Below are positions 16,286 to 25,945 of a stretch of 32,411 nt of DNA, in pieces; within the stretch, counting starts at the first letter, position 1, and the number at the start of each line of letters is the position of its first letter. A program made the position numbers and the translations under genes. This DNA comes from Tolypothrix carrinoi HA7290-LM1 (GTDB lineage: Bacteria; Cyanobacteriota; Cyanobacteriia; Cyanobacteriales; Nostocaceae). The notes under the pieces were generated by a model. The model saw nothing but the letters and a program-made list of their open reading frames with translations, made no database searches and had not been told where the DNA came from. The DNA lies in contig JAHHIK010000096.1 in NCBI GenBank assembly GCA_019358935.1, positions 1 through 32,411 on the forward strand. The letters are read 5' to 3'.

Positions 16286-17575
16286 TTAAGAGACAGTATT
16301 ATTCTCAAGTAAGTATTTATCCTGAGAATAACATTGAAAATTTGCTTCTAAATTAAAGATTATGACAAATGTTGAACCTTCACCTACCTGAGAAAACACG
16401 CTAACACTAGCCTGGTAACAATCTGCAACATACTTAACTGTACGCAAGCCCAAGCCAGCACAAGCTACATGAGAGCCAGTAGCATCAAGAGTAAATGTCC
16501 CGTCATCAGCCAAACTGCCCAATTCGCGTATCTCCCGCTCTTGCTTACAGCGTCTGCTGTTAAGTACAGAAATTCCCGTTGGATGTAATTCCGATTGTAA
16601 TGTAGAACTTTGTTGGGCATTCATAGAATCTCCCCCGTTAGCACAACATTCCTCAAATAAATAGTTTGGCTCAGAAAATGCACTACCACTAATTCCTATG
16701 CACTGACTTATACCTAAATCAATATTCAACTGCTCCAATTGCACTCTTGTAATACCTACGCCAGTATCTTGAACCGCCAAGCGAAGCAAACCCCCTCCCT
16801 GAGTATCAAGCTTAATGGCAACAGAGCCACCACCAGGACTATACCTAAAAGCATTAACAATCAAGTTACAAACCATCCGCCAAAGGTGGTTGTAATTCGC
16901 GTACAAGCACGCATCAGCAGCTAATGGTTCAACTAGAATTGAAAAATTTATATTCTGCGCGATCGCACTGTTTAAAAACTGAGCGTGGATAGAATGCAGG
17001 AGGCTAGCAATATTGATATATTCGATGTTTCCCACTGGCTCTTGACTCAATTGGCTCTTCAAATCAGCAAGCACACCCAAAGTAACGGTAATTGTAGAAC
17101 AGCATGTCTCTAGTACAGAATCAAGTTGTTCCAGGCTACTACCATAGTTACCAGCCCTAGTCAAACCTAAAACAAAGTTAACTGTCCTCAAGGGATGATA
17201 AACATCGTGGGATACCATCTCCAAATACTGAGGGAGTCTACAAAAGCGATCGCTTTGCCTCCGCAAACATAAATCCACGCGCTTCAATAACTCAGACGAG
17301 GAAAAAGGATACACCAAGAAATCATCAAAGTCGGGAATACATAAATCATCCGCTGACTGCACCAGTTTTATGGCTGGTAAACCTTCAGAACGGACACTAA
17401 TTGGCTTTAAAGTAACGTCCAGTATCAAGTCAATACCTTCCTTATTATCAGGTATTGCAGACTTAGTAACCACCGAGTAATTTGACTGCTGCAAGCTATC
17501 AAGAACACTAGCAACAACCTGATTGCGCCTTCTGCCAATTACCAATATTTTACCCGACACGCAAGTTACATACAA
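16286..17575 (-). CDS. Cytoplasmic sensor histidine kinase with degenerate N-terminal receiver
   Basis: H box SHDVYHPL, N box NLIVNAFRYS, G1 DTGVGI, G2 GLGL and VGEGSTF are present. The receiver-like N-terminus reads KILVIG..DLILD..DDFLVYPF. Confidence 0.85.
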   Translation of the reverse strand: MYVTCVSGKILVIGRRRNQVVASVLDSLQQSNYSVVTKSAIPDNKEGIDLILDVTLKPISVRSEGLPAIKLVQSADDLCIPDFDDFLVYPFSSSELLKRVDLCLRRQSDRFCRLPQYLEMVSHDVYHPLRTVNFVLGLTRAGNYGSSLEQLDSVLETCCSTITVTLGVLADLKSQLSQEPVGNIEYINIASLLHSIHAQFLNSAIAQNINFSILVEPLAADACLYANYNHLWRMVCNLIVNAFRYSPGGGSVAIKLDTQGGGLLRLAVQDTGVGITRVQLEQLNIDLGISQCIGISGSAFSEPNYLFEECCANGGDSMNAQQSSTLQSELHPTGISVLNSRRCKQEREIRELGSLADDGTFTLDATGSHVACAGLGLRTVKYVADCYQASVSVFSQVGEGSTFVIIFNLEANFQCYSQDKYLLENNTVS

Positions 17576-17815
17576 ACACTACTGTAACTATCAAAGCACC
17601 CTACCAGTAACACTAACCACAGGAATAATACTAAATCAAATAATGAATTAAACTTCATCGAAAGTTTAAAATTACCCTGTTTATTAAATTTTATGTAAAT
17701 ATGAAAAAATAATTAAGCTAAAAGATAGTTATGTATAAATACAATTAAGTTACAGCCGAAAAATTATAGGAATGTTATAAGTAAATATCACGTTATAATA
17801 AAAAAGTTTTAGAAC

Positions 17816-18565
17816 ATGAAACTTATAAAAACTGTCATAGTAGAAGACCAGAATATATTCAGGCTAGGGTTGAAAGCAGTTCTAGAAAGCAGTAACAAAA
17901 TCGAAGTCTGCGGAGAAACAGGGTACGGCAAAGAGGCTCTAAGTGTAATCAAAAATACAGAGCCTGATGTAGTAATTGTAGATATAGGTCTACCTGACAT
18001 CAGCGGAATACAGGTAGTTGAGGAGATCGTCCAAGTTTACTCAAACAAAATCAAAACCATTATTACAACAGGAAGTTGTGATAAAAAATTAGTCAAAGAG
18101 GTATTTAAGAAGGGAGCAACTTCTTTTTACAGTAAAAACAATGCCGAAAGTAAAATTATCGAAGCTGTCATAACTACCTACAAAGGCGAATCTTGGATTG
18201 ACAGCAAAATACACACAATGGTGGCGCAAGCTATGTGGGAGATTAACGCCAAAAATACTCCCGGAAGCACAGTAACAAAACGAGAATACGAAGTACTAAA
18301 ATTGCTTGCCAAAGGACTGACCTACGAAGAAATGGCTAACAAACTTTGCCTGGAAATTAGTACTGTACGTTCGCACGCTCACCGAATAATCGGCAAGCTT
18401 GATAAACCAGGGGAAGATAAGAAGCATAGACCCACCAGAGGAAAAGCTGTATGCGAAGCTTTAAGACTGGGAATACTCTGTTCGGAAGACCTAACCGAGG
18501 AAATATACAAACAGACAAAAGAATTTACTCCCGATTACAATAAGCGCGAATTTTTAGCTGCGTAA
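17816..18565 (+). CDS. NarL/LuxR-family response regulator
   Basis: Receiver VIVEDQ..VDIGLPDISG and LuxR HTH TKREYEVLKLLAKGLTYEEMANKLCLEISTVRSH. Confidence 0.93.
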   Translation: MKLIKTVIVEDQNIFRLGLKAVLESSNKIEVCGETGYGKEALSVIKNTEPDVVIVDIGLPDISGIQVVEEIVQVYSNKIKTIITTGSCDKKLVKEVFKKGATSFYSKNNAESKIIEAVITTYKGESWIDSKIHTMVAQAMWEINAKNTPGSTVTKREYEVLKLLAKGLTYEEMANKLCLEISTVRSHAHRIIGKLDKPGEDKKHRPTRGKAVCEALRLGILCSEDLTEEIYKQTKEFTPDYNKREFLAA

Positions 18566-18569
18566 TTGT

Positions 18570-19229
18570 CTATTTCTCAGTCTTAGCATCAATTATGCAG
18601 CCTCCCGGATTTTTGGTCTGGCGACAAGTTTGGATGATACCAGCATTCTTATTATAAAGTGAGCGAGCATCACGGCCTTGTTTAGATTTAGCCCACTTCA
18701 AAAGCCTAGCGTCTTCAGGCTTAAGATTTGCCGCAGTAGAGGATTTAGTAGCAGATAGTGTTGTTATAGCCATATTAAAAGTAAAAGCGCCTATAACCGC
18801 ACCCAATGCCAGCACGCAGCCCAAAGCAAGACCGATCTGGGCTAACTTCAAATTATTAACGTCAAACACGCCCAAAGCAGCAGCAACTTTTTCAGAAACA
18901 AATTTCTCAGGAGAAGCCTTCTTAGTAGTTCTTACTAACTCTTCAGCTGCTTTAGCAATTGCAGCCTGCTGTTGAATTATTGCCACTTCAGCAGCATTAT
19001 TTAATTTATTATCAACCCTAATGGTCCAACCAGCTATCACAGCATCAAGCTTGCCAGGTAGCTGCATAATCGCGTATTGAGTAGAGCCAATCTGCGCCCA
19101 CAACTTAAACAAAGGGTCAGACGGCTTCATACCTGACTTAACTATCAACTCTTCTAAATATTCTTTCTCCTTTTGTAATTCCTCTTTACTAAAGTTATTT
19201 TCTTTATCAATATTTTTGGTATCATCCAT
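18570..19229 (-). CDS. Membrane-anchored cyanobacterial plasmid protein (DUF6753-like), partner of the MobD-like NTPases
   Basis: SGMKPSDPLF, a helical region, one transmembrane helix and LLKWAKSKQGR..C..C. The family call is from memory of similar cyanobacterial plasmid proteins. Confidence 0.6.
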   Translation of the reverse strand: MDDTKNIDKENNFSKEELQKEKEYLEELIVKSGMKPSDPLFKLWAQIGSTQYAIMQLPGKLDAVIAGWTIRVDNKLNNAAEVAIIQQQAAIAKAAEELVRTTKKASPEKFVSEKVAAALGVFDVNNLKLAQIGLALGCVLALGAVIGAFTFNMAITTLSATKSSTAANLKPEDARLLKWAKSKQGRDARSLYNKNAGIIQTCRQTKNPGGCIIDAKTEK

Positions 19230-19267
19230 AAAATTAGTAATTAAATAAATTTAAACTGATATGGGCT

Positions 19268-20035
19268 TTAAAAATAACTTTGTTGGTGAGTTAGTTCAGT
19301 ACGGTTCATTTTTAAACCTAAATACACCGGAGCAATATCGTGGTTGATGATAATTTGATGAAAATTTTCTATCCAGTTAAATACTACCGATCTATATAAT
19401 AATTGCATATCTGATTCTGTAGTAATCGCTATACTGTAAGGCAAATTAGTATCTTCTAAATCTTGATATACATAATCTTCGATTTTGGGTAATATCATCT
19501 CTATACCATTTAGTTTATTAACATGTTCTTGAGTTTTCGTACCATCATAATATTTAAAGCTATCGCCAAAATAAAAATTTTTTATTACTAAGTAATCAGC
19601 TTTATTGTCAACAAATTGATAAAGAGACTGCAAATAGTTGACACAATCTCTACGGTTGGAGATAGGATGAATAAAAGTGGCACGATAGCCTAAACAATTT
19701 AAATTTTCTAAAAAAGATATCTCCTTATCAAATCTAAAAAAATCTAAGATATTTTGACCTGGCATATCAGTAAATACCAAATCTATTTCGGAAAACATCT
19801 CCAATTCATTTAACAAGATATCAGAGTCACCTCGATTAAGTCCCAAGTGTCTAACATTAAATCCCAATCTCTTATATGATGATAACTTATTAGATAAGCC
19901 ATCAGGACGCTGACCGTGGTAGAAAGTACGAATATTTAAATCATGAGTCCTATACAGCTCCAACAACAACCTAGAAACTGTAGACTTGCCAACACGAGAA
20001 TCACCAATCGTAATAACAAATCTTTTTATAAACAT
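19268..20035 (-). CDS. P-loop NTPase, MobD/TraL/ParA-like, paralogue of the upstream gene with altered Walker A
   Basis: GDSRVGKST, FTDMPGQ and YLVIKNFYFG. Confidence 0.8.
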   Translation of the reverse strand: MFIKRFVITIGDSRVGKSTVSRLLLELYRTHDLNIRTFYHGQRPDGLSNKLSSYKRLGFNVRHLGLNRGDSDILLNELEMFSEIDLVFTDMPGQNILDFFRFDKEISFLENLNCLGYRATFIHPISNRRDCVNYLQSLYQFVDNKADYLVIKNFYFGDSFKYYDGTKTQEHVNKLNGIEMILPKIEDYVYQDLEDTNLPYSIAITTESDMQLLYRSVVFNWIENFHQIIINHDIAPVYLGLKMNRTELTHQQSYF

Positions 20036-20049
20036 AATTATGCTACACT

Positions 20050-20928
20050 TTAAGATTGCTGCTCTACAGAAGTTTTCTTAGTAACAAGATTTGAAGAATG
20101 AGATTTTCCATCTGGTAATATTTCACAATTAAAACCTAACAAATCATGAGCAACTTGTACTTTTTCCTCAAAATCTTTCAACCATGCGCCAACTCTTGCA
20201 CGAACTGAAATAGAGGAACCATATTCTTTAAACAAAGCTTGCCCAAATGTTAAATCATTATCATCAATAAAATCGTAGCAATAATCCATCAAATCAGGCA
20301 TTAATACTTCTACTAACCCTTTAGCTTTTAATGTTTGACGAATAGGGGATAAGTCATAACGACCAAATTTATCCTCATCTCCGAAAAACAAATTTTTCAC
20401 AACTACATAGTTAACTTTATCTCCTGAATATTCATGCAAAGCCTCTAAAATATTTACAGAATCGCGAAATCGATTGATGACGGATAGCATCGTAACTTTG
20501 TAGCCAAGTTCTTTTGCTAACATATCAAAAAAGGATAGTTCTTTTACAAATAACTCAAAAACACCTCCGGATTGCGCTGGCATATCAACTAAAACAAGGG
20601 GAAAATAGTCTTCTTCCAAATCAATCAATAATTGGTCTGCCTTACCCTTATCAAAAACATTAATACAACGGATTAGACCAGTATATTTTTCGTAGTGACG
20701 GCGAAGTTGGTTGTTACGCATATCAGCATCATATCCTAGACACCAAAGATTCTTGTCAATATAAAGCTGTAGCAAAGCCCGTGCAAAGGTACTCTTACCA
20801 ACTCCACCTTTATCACCAGTAACAATGACAAGTCTTTTAGGCTTATCTTCAACTTGAACTTGTTGATTACCCTGTTCCTGATTATTATCAGACATAAAAT
20901 TATCCTTTTTAGTATTAGTACGAGCCAT
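20050..20928 (-). CDS. P-loop NTPase, MobD/TraL/ParA (SIMIBI)-like
   Basis: Deviant Walker A GDKGGVGKST, YDAD, LVDMPAQ and YVVVKNLFFG. Confidence 0.85.
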   Translation of the reverse strand: MARTNTKKDNFMSDNNQEQGNQQVQVEDKPKRLVIVTGDKGGVGKSTFARALLQLYIDKNLWCLGYDADMRNNQLRRHYEKYTGLIRCINVFDKGKADQLLIDLEEDYFPLVLVDMPAQSGGVFELFVKELSFFDMLAKELGYKVTMLSVINRFRDSVNILEALHEYSGDKVNYVVVKNLFFGDEDKFGRYDLSPIRQTLKAKGLVEVLMPDLMDYCYDFIDDNDLTFGQALFKEYGSSISVRARVGAWLKDFEEKVQVAHDLLGFNCEILPDGKSHSSNLVTKKTSVEQQS

Positions 20929-21943
20929 ATTTAAGAAAATTTAAAACATAAATCCTTTATGAAACTTGGCAATTAATTAAAGTCAGCAAATCTTAGTACT
21001 AAGGCAGGATATTATAATTTTACAGTAGTCATATCCATACATAATTTGCAAAAAAATACTTCTTTCCAAAACTAGAATTAAGAAAAATGGAAATAATTTT
21101 TTAGCATCATGAAAAATAATGGCTAAATCTAATTTTTATGTCGGCAGTAAATTATGCGAATTACTTATAAATGTTAAATAAAGGTCAACATAAGATATCT
21201 ATTACTTAATATTGCTTGAGCGCAATTTAGATAAAATCGGAATATAAATATTGGTCATTAGCCATAAACCAAGATAGTTTGTCAGAAATTAACCTTAGTA
21301 TCGCGATTTCACTTAAGTATAGAAACAAACTAGTATTCTATTTAATTTGCAACTTAACTATTAAATGTAAATTCAATCAAAGTTTCTAGGTGTAAAAAAC
21401 TATTAATTTTGTATTTAAAACTTATATACAAAGTTAATAGTTTTTAGCTGTAAAATACCTTTAAATATTTAATAAACCAATTAAAAATACAAAATTTATA
21501 TTTGCTAGATAAAATTGTCTATAAAGTAAAAATCAAAAAAGTATATCTCTATTTTTGAGACAAGGTTGGGTTGTAATTTAAATCCCACTCAACAATTTAT
21601 GCATCCACATCGACGTAAGGGAGATCCAAAAAATAAAATATCAACAAGTATAACCGCGTCTTCTGCGATACCCAACCAACCATTTCAATACATGGCTGGA
21701 TATTTTATTACTTGTAACTGCCTAAGCCTCACCTCATATCAAATAGGAACAATTTCGGCATCAGTCATATCAGTAAAGTGCATTCGAGATTTTTTGCACT
21801 CAACGGTACTATATATTTTTAATAAAAATAAATGGCGTATTACTTGATTAATATTAATCCTTTTGTTTTGAAATACTGCCATACCAACAGTTTCCAGTAA
21901 GTATATAATCAACTGGTTAAGCATACCTATTAATTCAACAACT

Positions 21944-24900
21944 TTAACAGGTATCCAGCAAGGGAGATAACTCCTCAATTAACCATTCCATACCAACCCC
22001 AATTATCTTCATCACACAAAAAGCATATCTCAACAATTGCGACCGCACATCAATTAATACGTGTTGGAGAATAGTCCCAAAGCGAGTTCCCATTAATAAA
22101 GCAAACTCCACCAAACCCACAACTGCCTTGATTGGGGATTCCTGACCCAATAAGGGCAGATAAACTTTGGCATAAAAAGGCTCATGCTCTTGGAGTGGTG
22201 GTAATTCTCCTTTCTCCCCTAACGATTTAATTATTGCTGCTATCGTCTGAGGCAATCCCTTCCAACCCCCCAAACTTTTATTGGCAATCTGACTTATCCG
22301 CTCTTGGGTAACCGCATGGTCAGGATATTTTTCTTTTAATTCCTCCTCAATTTTTTCCTGGGTCGGTTTTACCTGATGTGCGATTAAATCAGCGCAAGCT
22401 TTAACGATCGCTATTTTAGTTTGCTCCCCATAATCGGCAGCCCTGAAATCGATTTCAATCGCCTGCTTGGTTTCAAACTTACATCCTGGAAGTTCCACTT
22501 GGAAAAACTCCAAATCAAAATCCCCGACGAAATAATAAATCAATTCCTCCTCCGGGCGCAAGTGCGATCGCAAGCGACCAGCTTCTTGTAATATCTCGGC
22601 ACGGACAAAAGAATCGATAAATTCCTGGTAATCAAGGTCGCTCCCCTGTTGCATAAGAGCATAGTCGTTACTACCTTGTTTGCCAAACCGTGCTGCCATG
22701 AGCCGGATTCGCTCCTCTTTCTGGTCTCCCTCCAAGTCGGGGCTAACCCCCGTCAATATCTGATACTCGGCAGCCAGTTCCCCAATATTCGGGTAGGGTA
22801 TACCCATCGATACCAGTACGTTGGCATCTTTGAAGCGGTTTACCCCCCGACTATCTCTAAAATGGTAGCCATCCCCATCCAGAGCGAAGGCTTTTCTTTC
22901 AATAATAGCGACACTCAACCCCTCGTACTTATTAATAATACCCTCGCGACATGCCATCACCCGCGCTATCATACTTTCCCGGCGATCGCGCCCAAGTACC
23001 CCCATCCCTGTAACCTGAATGACGGTGAGGTTTTCATAACTAGGGACAACTTGCTCAATTTGGAGAATATTTTCTACTCCCACACCTAGCTTAAGGGCAA
23101 GATAGCGAACATCCATCGTGCCATCTAAATAAATATTAAACTTAGCGGCACGGGCTACTTCTTGGTGGCGGTTGTCGGCTACGTATATCGATAATATTCC
23201 TTTATCGAAATGTAATGCGCCTTTTTGAAAGAACGCCCATACCTCAAGCATGGGTACCAACCAGTTGAGGGAGATTGATTCAAGGGTACGTTTGGCTTCT
23301 CTGTAGCTTTCTTGACGCAGTAGTTGGTTTGCTGTACGTAATTTGGAACGCTCTTTCTTACTCATGGATGTGGTATCAATTCCGTCAGTACCATCAGCCA
23401 AGAAAGATAAATCGGGTTTGAGGCAACGATCCAACTCCTCGATTGTATCGGCAATGTATAAGGGTAGTTCCCCTAACAATTGACGTATCGCCGTGTCGTT
23501 ATAACCGTAGCGATCTGATTCGGGAACTCCATGAGAAAATGCAATATTTACGGATTTCGCTTGCCCTTTATCCTCTACGGCTTTTAGTTTTTCCCACAGC
23601 CACCGTAACTTCTCAAATATTGGGTGCAACTTGACAAACAATTCTGGGTTGCGAATTGCCAACTCTCCTACGGTTTGATTAAAATCGCTTATACTTACTT
23701 CGATTTTCTTTTTCGTAGTAAATAACCCAGATGCCTCGTCCCAGTACATCCCCACATCGCCGTATTCATAATCATCTACCAACGGTAAACTTTGGGGATG
23801 TGCTCGGATTTCGCTGTGTTTTAGTACCTCCATCCGCTTATTGCGGTAGCCGAACCCCGGACCTGTTGAAGTCTGACAAGCAAATTGCAGGTGGCAGCTA
23901 GCACAAATTGGGTTTTCTTGCGCTTCAATATTGTTAATATTTTTATTACTTAAAGCGCGGAAGGTGGGGGTACGGTGGCAGTTACCCACGACTTTAGCCG
24001 TATCTTCAGGCTCGTTTCCAGTTGGGTGGACGGTGAAAGCTCGACCCATCGGGGTGGTTCGGTTTTTGTCTATTACTAACCCATTATGGCGTGGGGGTAA
24101 ATCGACAAAGTGCTTTTCCACTGTCAGTGTGGTGGGGTTGCGATGGTCAGCGGCGTTGTAAAATAATTGTCGAACATCAAACTCATGCGCTCTCATGCTC
24201 CCTGCGGTGTGCGACTTACCCACACCAGGCACGGATTTGTCAAATATATGACACCACCCTTTAGCAACAGCTTCCTTCCAGATAGTTACCCGTTCGTCAC
24301 CCATATATATGATACGAGGACAACCAAGTTTAATATATTCAGCAGGGGTCGGAAGTTGATCCGGAGTGAAGATAATTGTAGCGGTGGGCGCAGAACGTTC
24401 GCGCAACCGTTGTCCTCTACGATTAAACCCACTCCCCCGTCGGAATAATTTTTTAACTTTTCTTAATTGGTATTTGACATCATCCCAGAACCTGCTGGGA
24501 TTGCGCGATAATGATTCAAACTGCGCCCAGGTGAGTATCTCGTATTCACCTCTATATTCATCTGGGTCAGCACATGATTTATCAAGTTGTCCCCACCATG
24601 CCACCCGTAAAGTATAACCCCAAAGGCGCAATAAATCGTATGCCCGGCGGTACTGACGCATCACATTTTTATTTGCGATCGCACCCGCATCTGCCCACAA
24701 AAGGACATTTTTACAACTGCCCAACTGAGTAGAAGCTGCTTCTAAGTAGCGCTTGAATGTCTCTGGGGAAGAAGCAAACTGACCCCCTGCTGCACCAATT
24801 ACAATTTGCGATCGCAATTGTGAAATTATCCAGGGTTTGAGTATCCCCTCGGCAAGACCAATGTAAGAAAAAAGCTGCAAGCTGTCGGTAGAAGCAAAAC

Positions 24901-25777
24901 GGCTATTAGCTATCGGATGAGGGTTTTCATTACTTTGAGAGAACTTGCTGGGGAGATGTTCTCCTAAGCCAACTAAGTCCCACCCTTCGGGTTCCGCTTT
25001 GCGGTACGGGTAGGCTATGCGAGCAGAAAAAAAGTTTTTACTTAAATTTGTATTGTTACAAAAATTATTAGTATTAATAGGCTGACAATACGTAAGCGGC
25101 AACTCCCCGTTTGTCAGGTGTGCTGTGGAACCATTCGGGCGGTTACGAGTGCGCGAAGTTGCCCAGAGATATTTGGGGGTATCCTCGCTCAAGTTATCTA
25201 CTCGCTGCTGCCATGCTAGGATTTGGAAATATTCATTCCACACTGGGACAAGATAACCGGAGTGGTAGTTAACCAGCGACTTACCAGAGATAGATACACC
25301 TGCGGTGCGGTGGTCAACTTCTTCTTTTAACTGCTGCCATTGAGTGAGGGAGCGAAACATCCCGGCTGTAATTAGTTCGTCCGATAACCCCCGGCGGCGC
25401 AAATCTTCTCGGTGGGCGGAAGATAACTGTAGTTGCCCAAGAATATCTCGAATTTGGGTATCGCGATCGCCTTCAGTAAGACTTGCCGCATGGCGAGCTT
25501 TTTCAATACGCAACCGTTCAATACGCAGGTTTCGCCAGCGTTCTGCCCACTCACGCTTCAATTCTTCATTTATTTCTCCAGTGTCGCGCCGTATTATTCC
25601 CCATAACCCATCGCTAGTAAGTTTGAGAAACTGCCAACCGGGGGGGGCTGAATATGCATCCGTCGCAGTCATGCACAATACGGTGTCGGGACTATCCGGT
25701 AAGTGGCGGCACTTACCTTTTATATCACCACACACTGGGCAAGGATTATGGCGGCGGGTAGCAATAAATTTACTCAT
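21944..25777 (-). CDS. Putative plasmid replication initiator: Zn finger + TOPRIM primase-like + helicase-like (CyRepA-related)
   Basis: N-terminal CPVCGDIKGKC..C; TOPRIM-like AEGILKP..IGAAGG..WADAG..DPDE; Walker A PGVGKS; Walker B-like YWDE; SF2 motif VI-like QEAGRLR. The RBS-like AGGGGG lies upstream. Confidence 0.75.
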   Translation of the reverse strand: MSKFIATRRHNPCPVCGDIKGKCRHLPDSPDTVLCMTATDAYSAPPGWQFLKLTSDGLWGIIRRDTGEINEELKREWAERWRNLRIERLRIEKARHAASLTEGDRDTQIRDILGQLQLSSAHREDLRRRGLSDELITAGMFRSLTQWQQLKEEVDHRTAGVSISGKSLVNYHSGYLVPVWNEYFQILAWQQRVDNLSEDTPKYLWATSRTRNRPNGSTAHLTNGELPLTYCQPINTNNFCNNTNLSKNFFSARIAYPYRKAEPEGWDLVGLGEHLPSKFSQSNENPHPIANSRFASTDSLQLFSYIGLAEGILKPWIISQLRSQIVIGAAGGQFASSPETFKRYLEAASTQLGSCKNVLLWADAGAIANKNVMRQYRRAYDLLRLWGYTLRVAWWGQLDKSCADPDEYRGEYEILTWAQFESLSRNPSRFWDDVKYQLRKVKKLFRRGSGFNRRGQRLRERSAPTATIIFTPDQLPTPAEYIKLGCPRIIYMGDERVTIWKEAVAKGWCHIFDKSVPGVGKSHTAGSMRAHEFDVRQLFYNAADHRNPTTLTVEKHFVDLPPRHNGLVIDKNRTTPMGRAFTVHPTGNEPEDTAKVVGNCHRTPTFRALSNKNINNIEAQENPICASCHLQFACQTSTGPGFGYRNKRMEVLKHSEIRAHPQSLPLVDDYEYGDVGMYWDEASGLFTTKKKIEVSISDFNQTVGELAIRNPELFVKLHPIFEKLRWLWEKLKAVEDKGQAKSVNIAFSHGVPESDRYGYNDTAIRQLLGELPLYIADTIEELDRCLKPDLSFLADGTDGIDTTSMSKKERSKLRTANQLLRQESYREAKRTLESISLNWLVPMLEVWAFFQKGALHFDKGILSIYVADNRHQEVARAAKFNIYLDGTMDVRYLALKLGVGVENILQIEQVVPSYENLTVIQVTGMGVLGRDRRESMIARVMACREGIINKYEGLSVAIIERKAFALDGDGYHFRDSRGVNRFKDANVLVSMGIPYPNIGELAAEYQILTGVSPDLEGDQKEERIRLMAARFGKQGSNDYALMQQGSDLDYQEFIDSFVRAEILQEAGRLRSHLRPEEELIYYFVGDFDLEFFQVELPGCKFETKQAIEIDFRAADYGEQTKIAIVKACADLIAHQVKPTQEKIEEELKEKYPDHAVTQERISQIANKSLGGWKGLPQTIAAIIKSLGEKGELPPLQEHEPFYAKVYLPLLGQESPIKAVVGLVEFALLMGTRFGTILQHVLIDVRSQLLRYAFCVMKIIGVGMEWLIEELSPLLDTC

Positions 25778-25817
25778 CCCGCACCCCCTTTTCTGTCAGT
25801 AAGAGCAAAAGTCAAAA

Positions 25818-25826
25818 TTATCCACA
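25818..25826 (+). promoter_or_regulatory. Consensus DnaA box
   Basis: TTATCCACA, about 40 bp upstream of the rep start codon. Confidence 0.45.
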
Positions 25827-25945
25827 CGAGTTATCACCTTGGAAAAAGTACGCTCCTCGTGCTGCTAAGAAAAAAGAAATGCTAACCTATTAATTAAGAA
25901 TTTTTAGTCTAGGGATTTGTTCAGAGTAGGTCAGCACTCTTGGTC

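Noticed and set aside
21566..21978. ORFs 21566..21847 (+) and 21739..21978 (-)
   Set aside because: Short, overlapping, AT-rich and without recognisable features.
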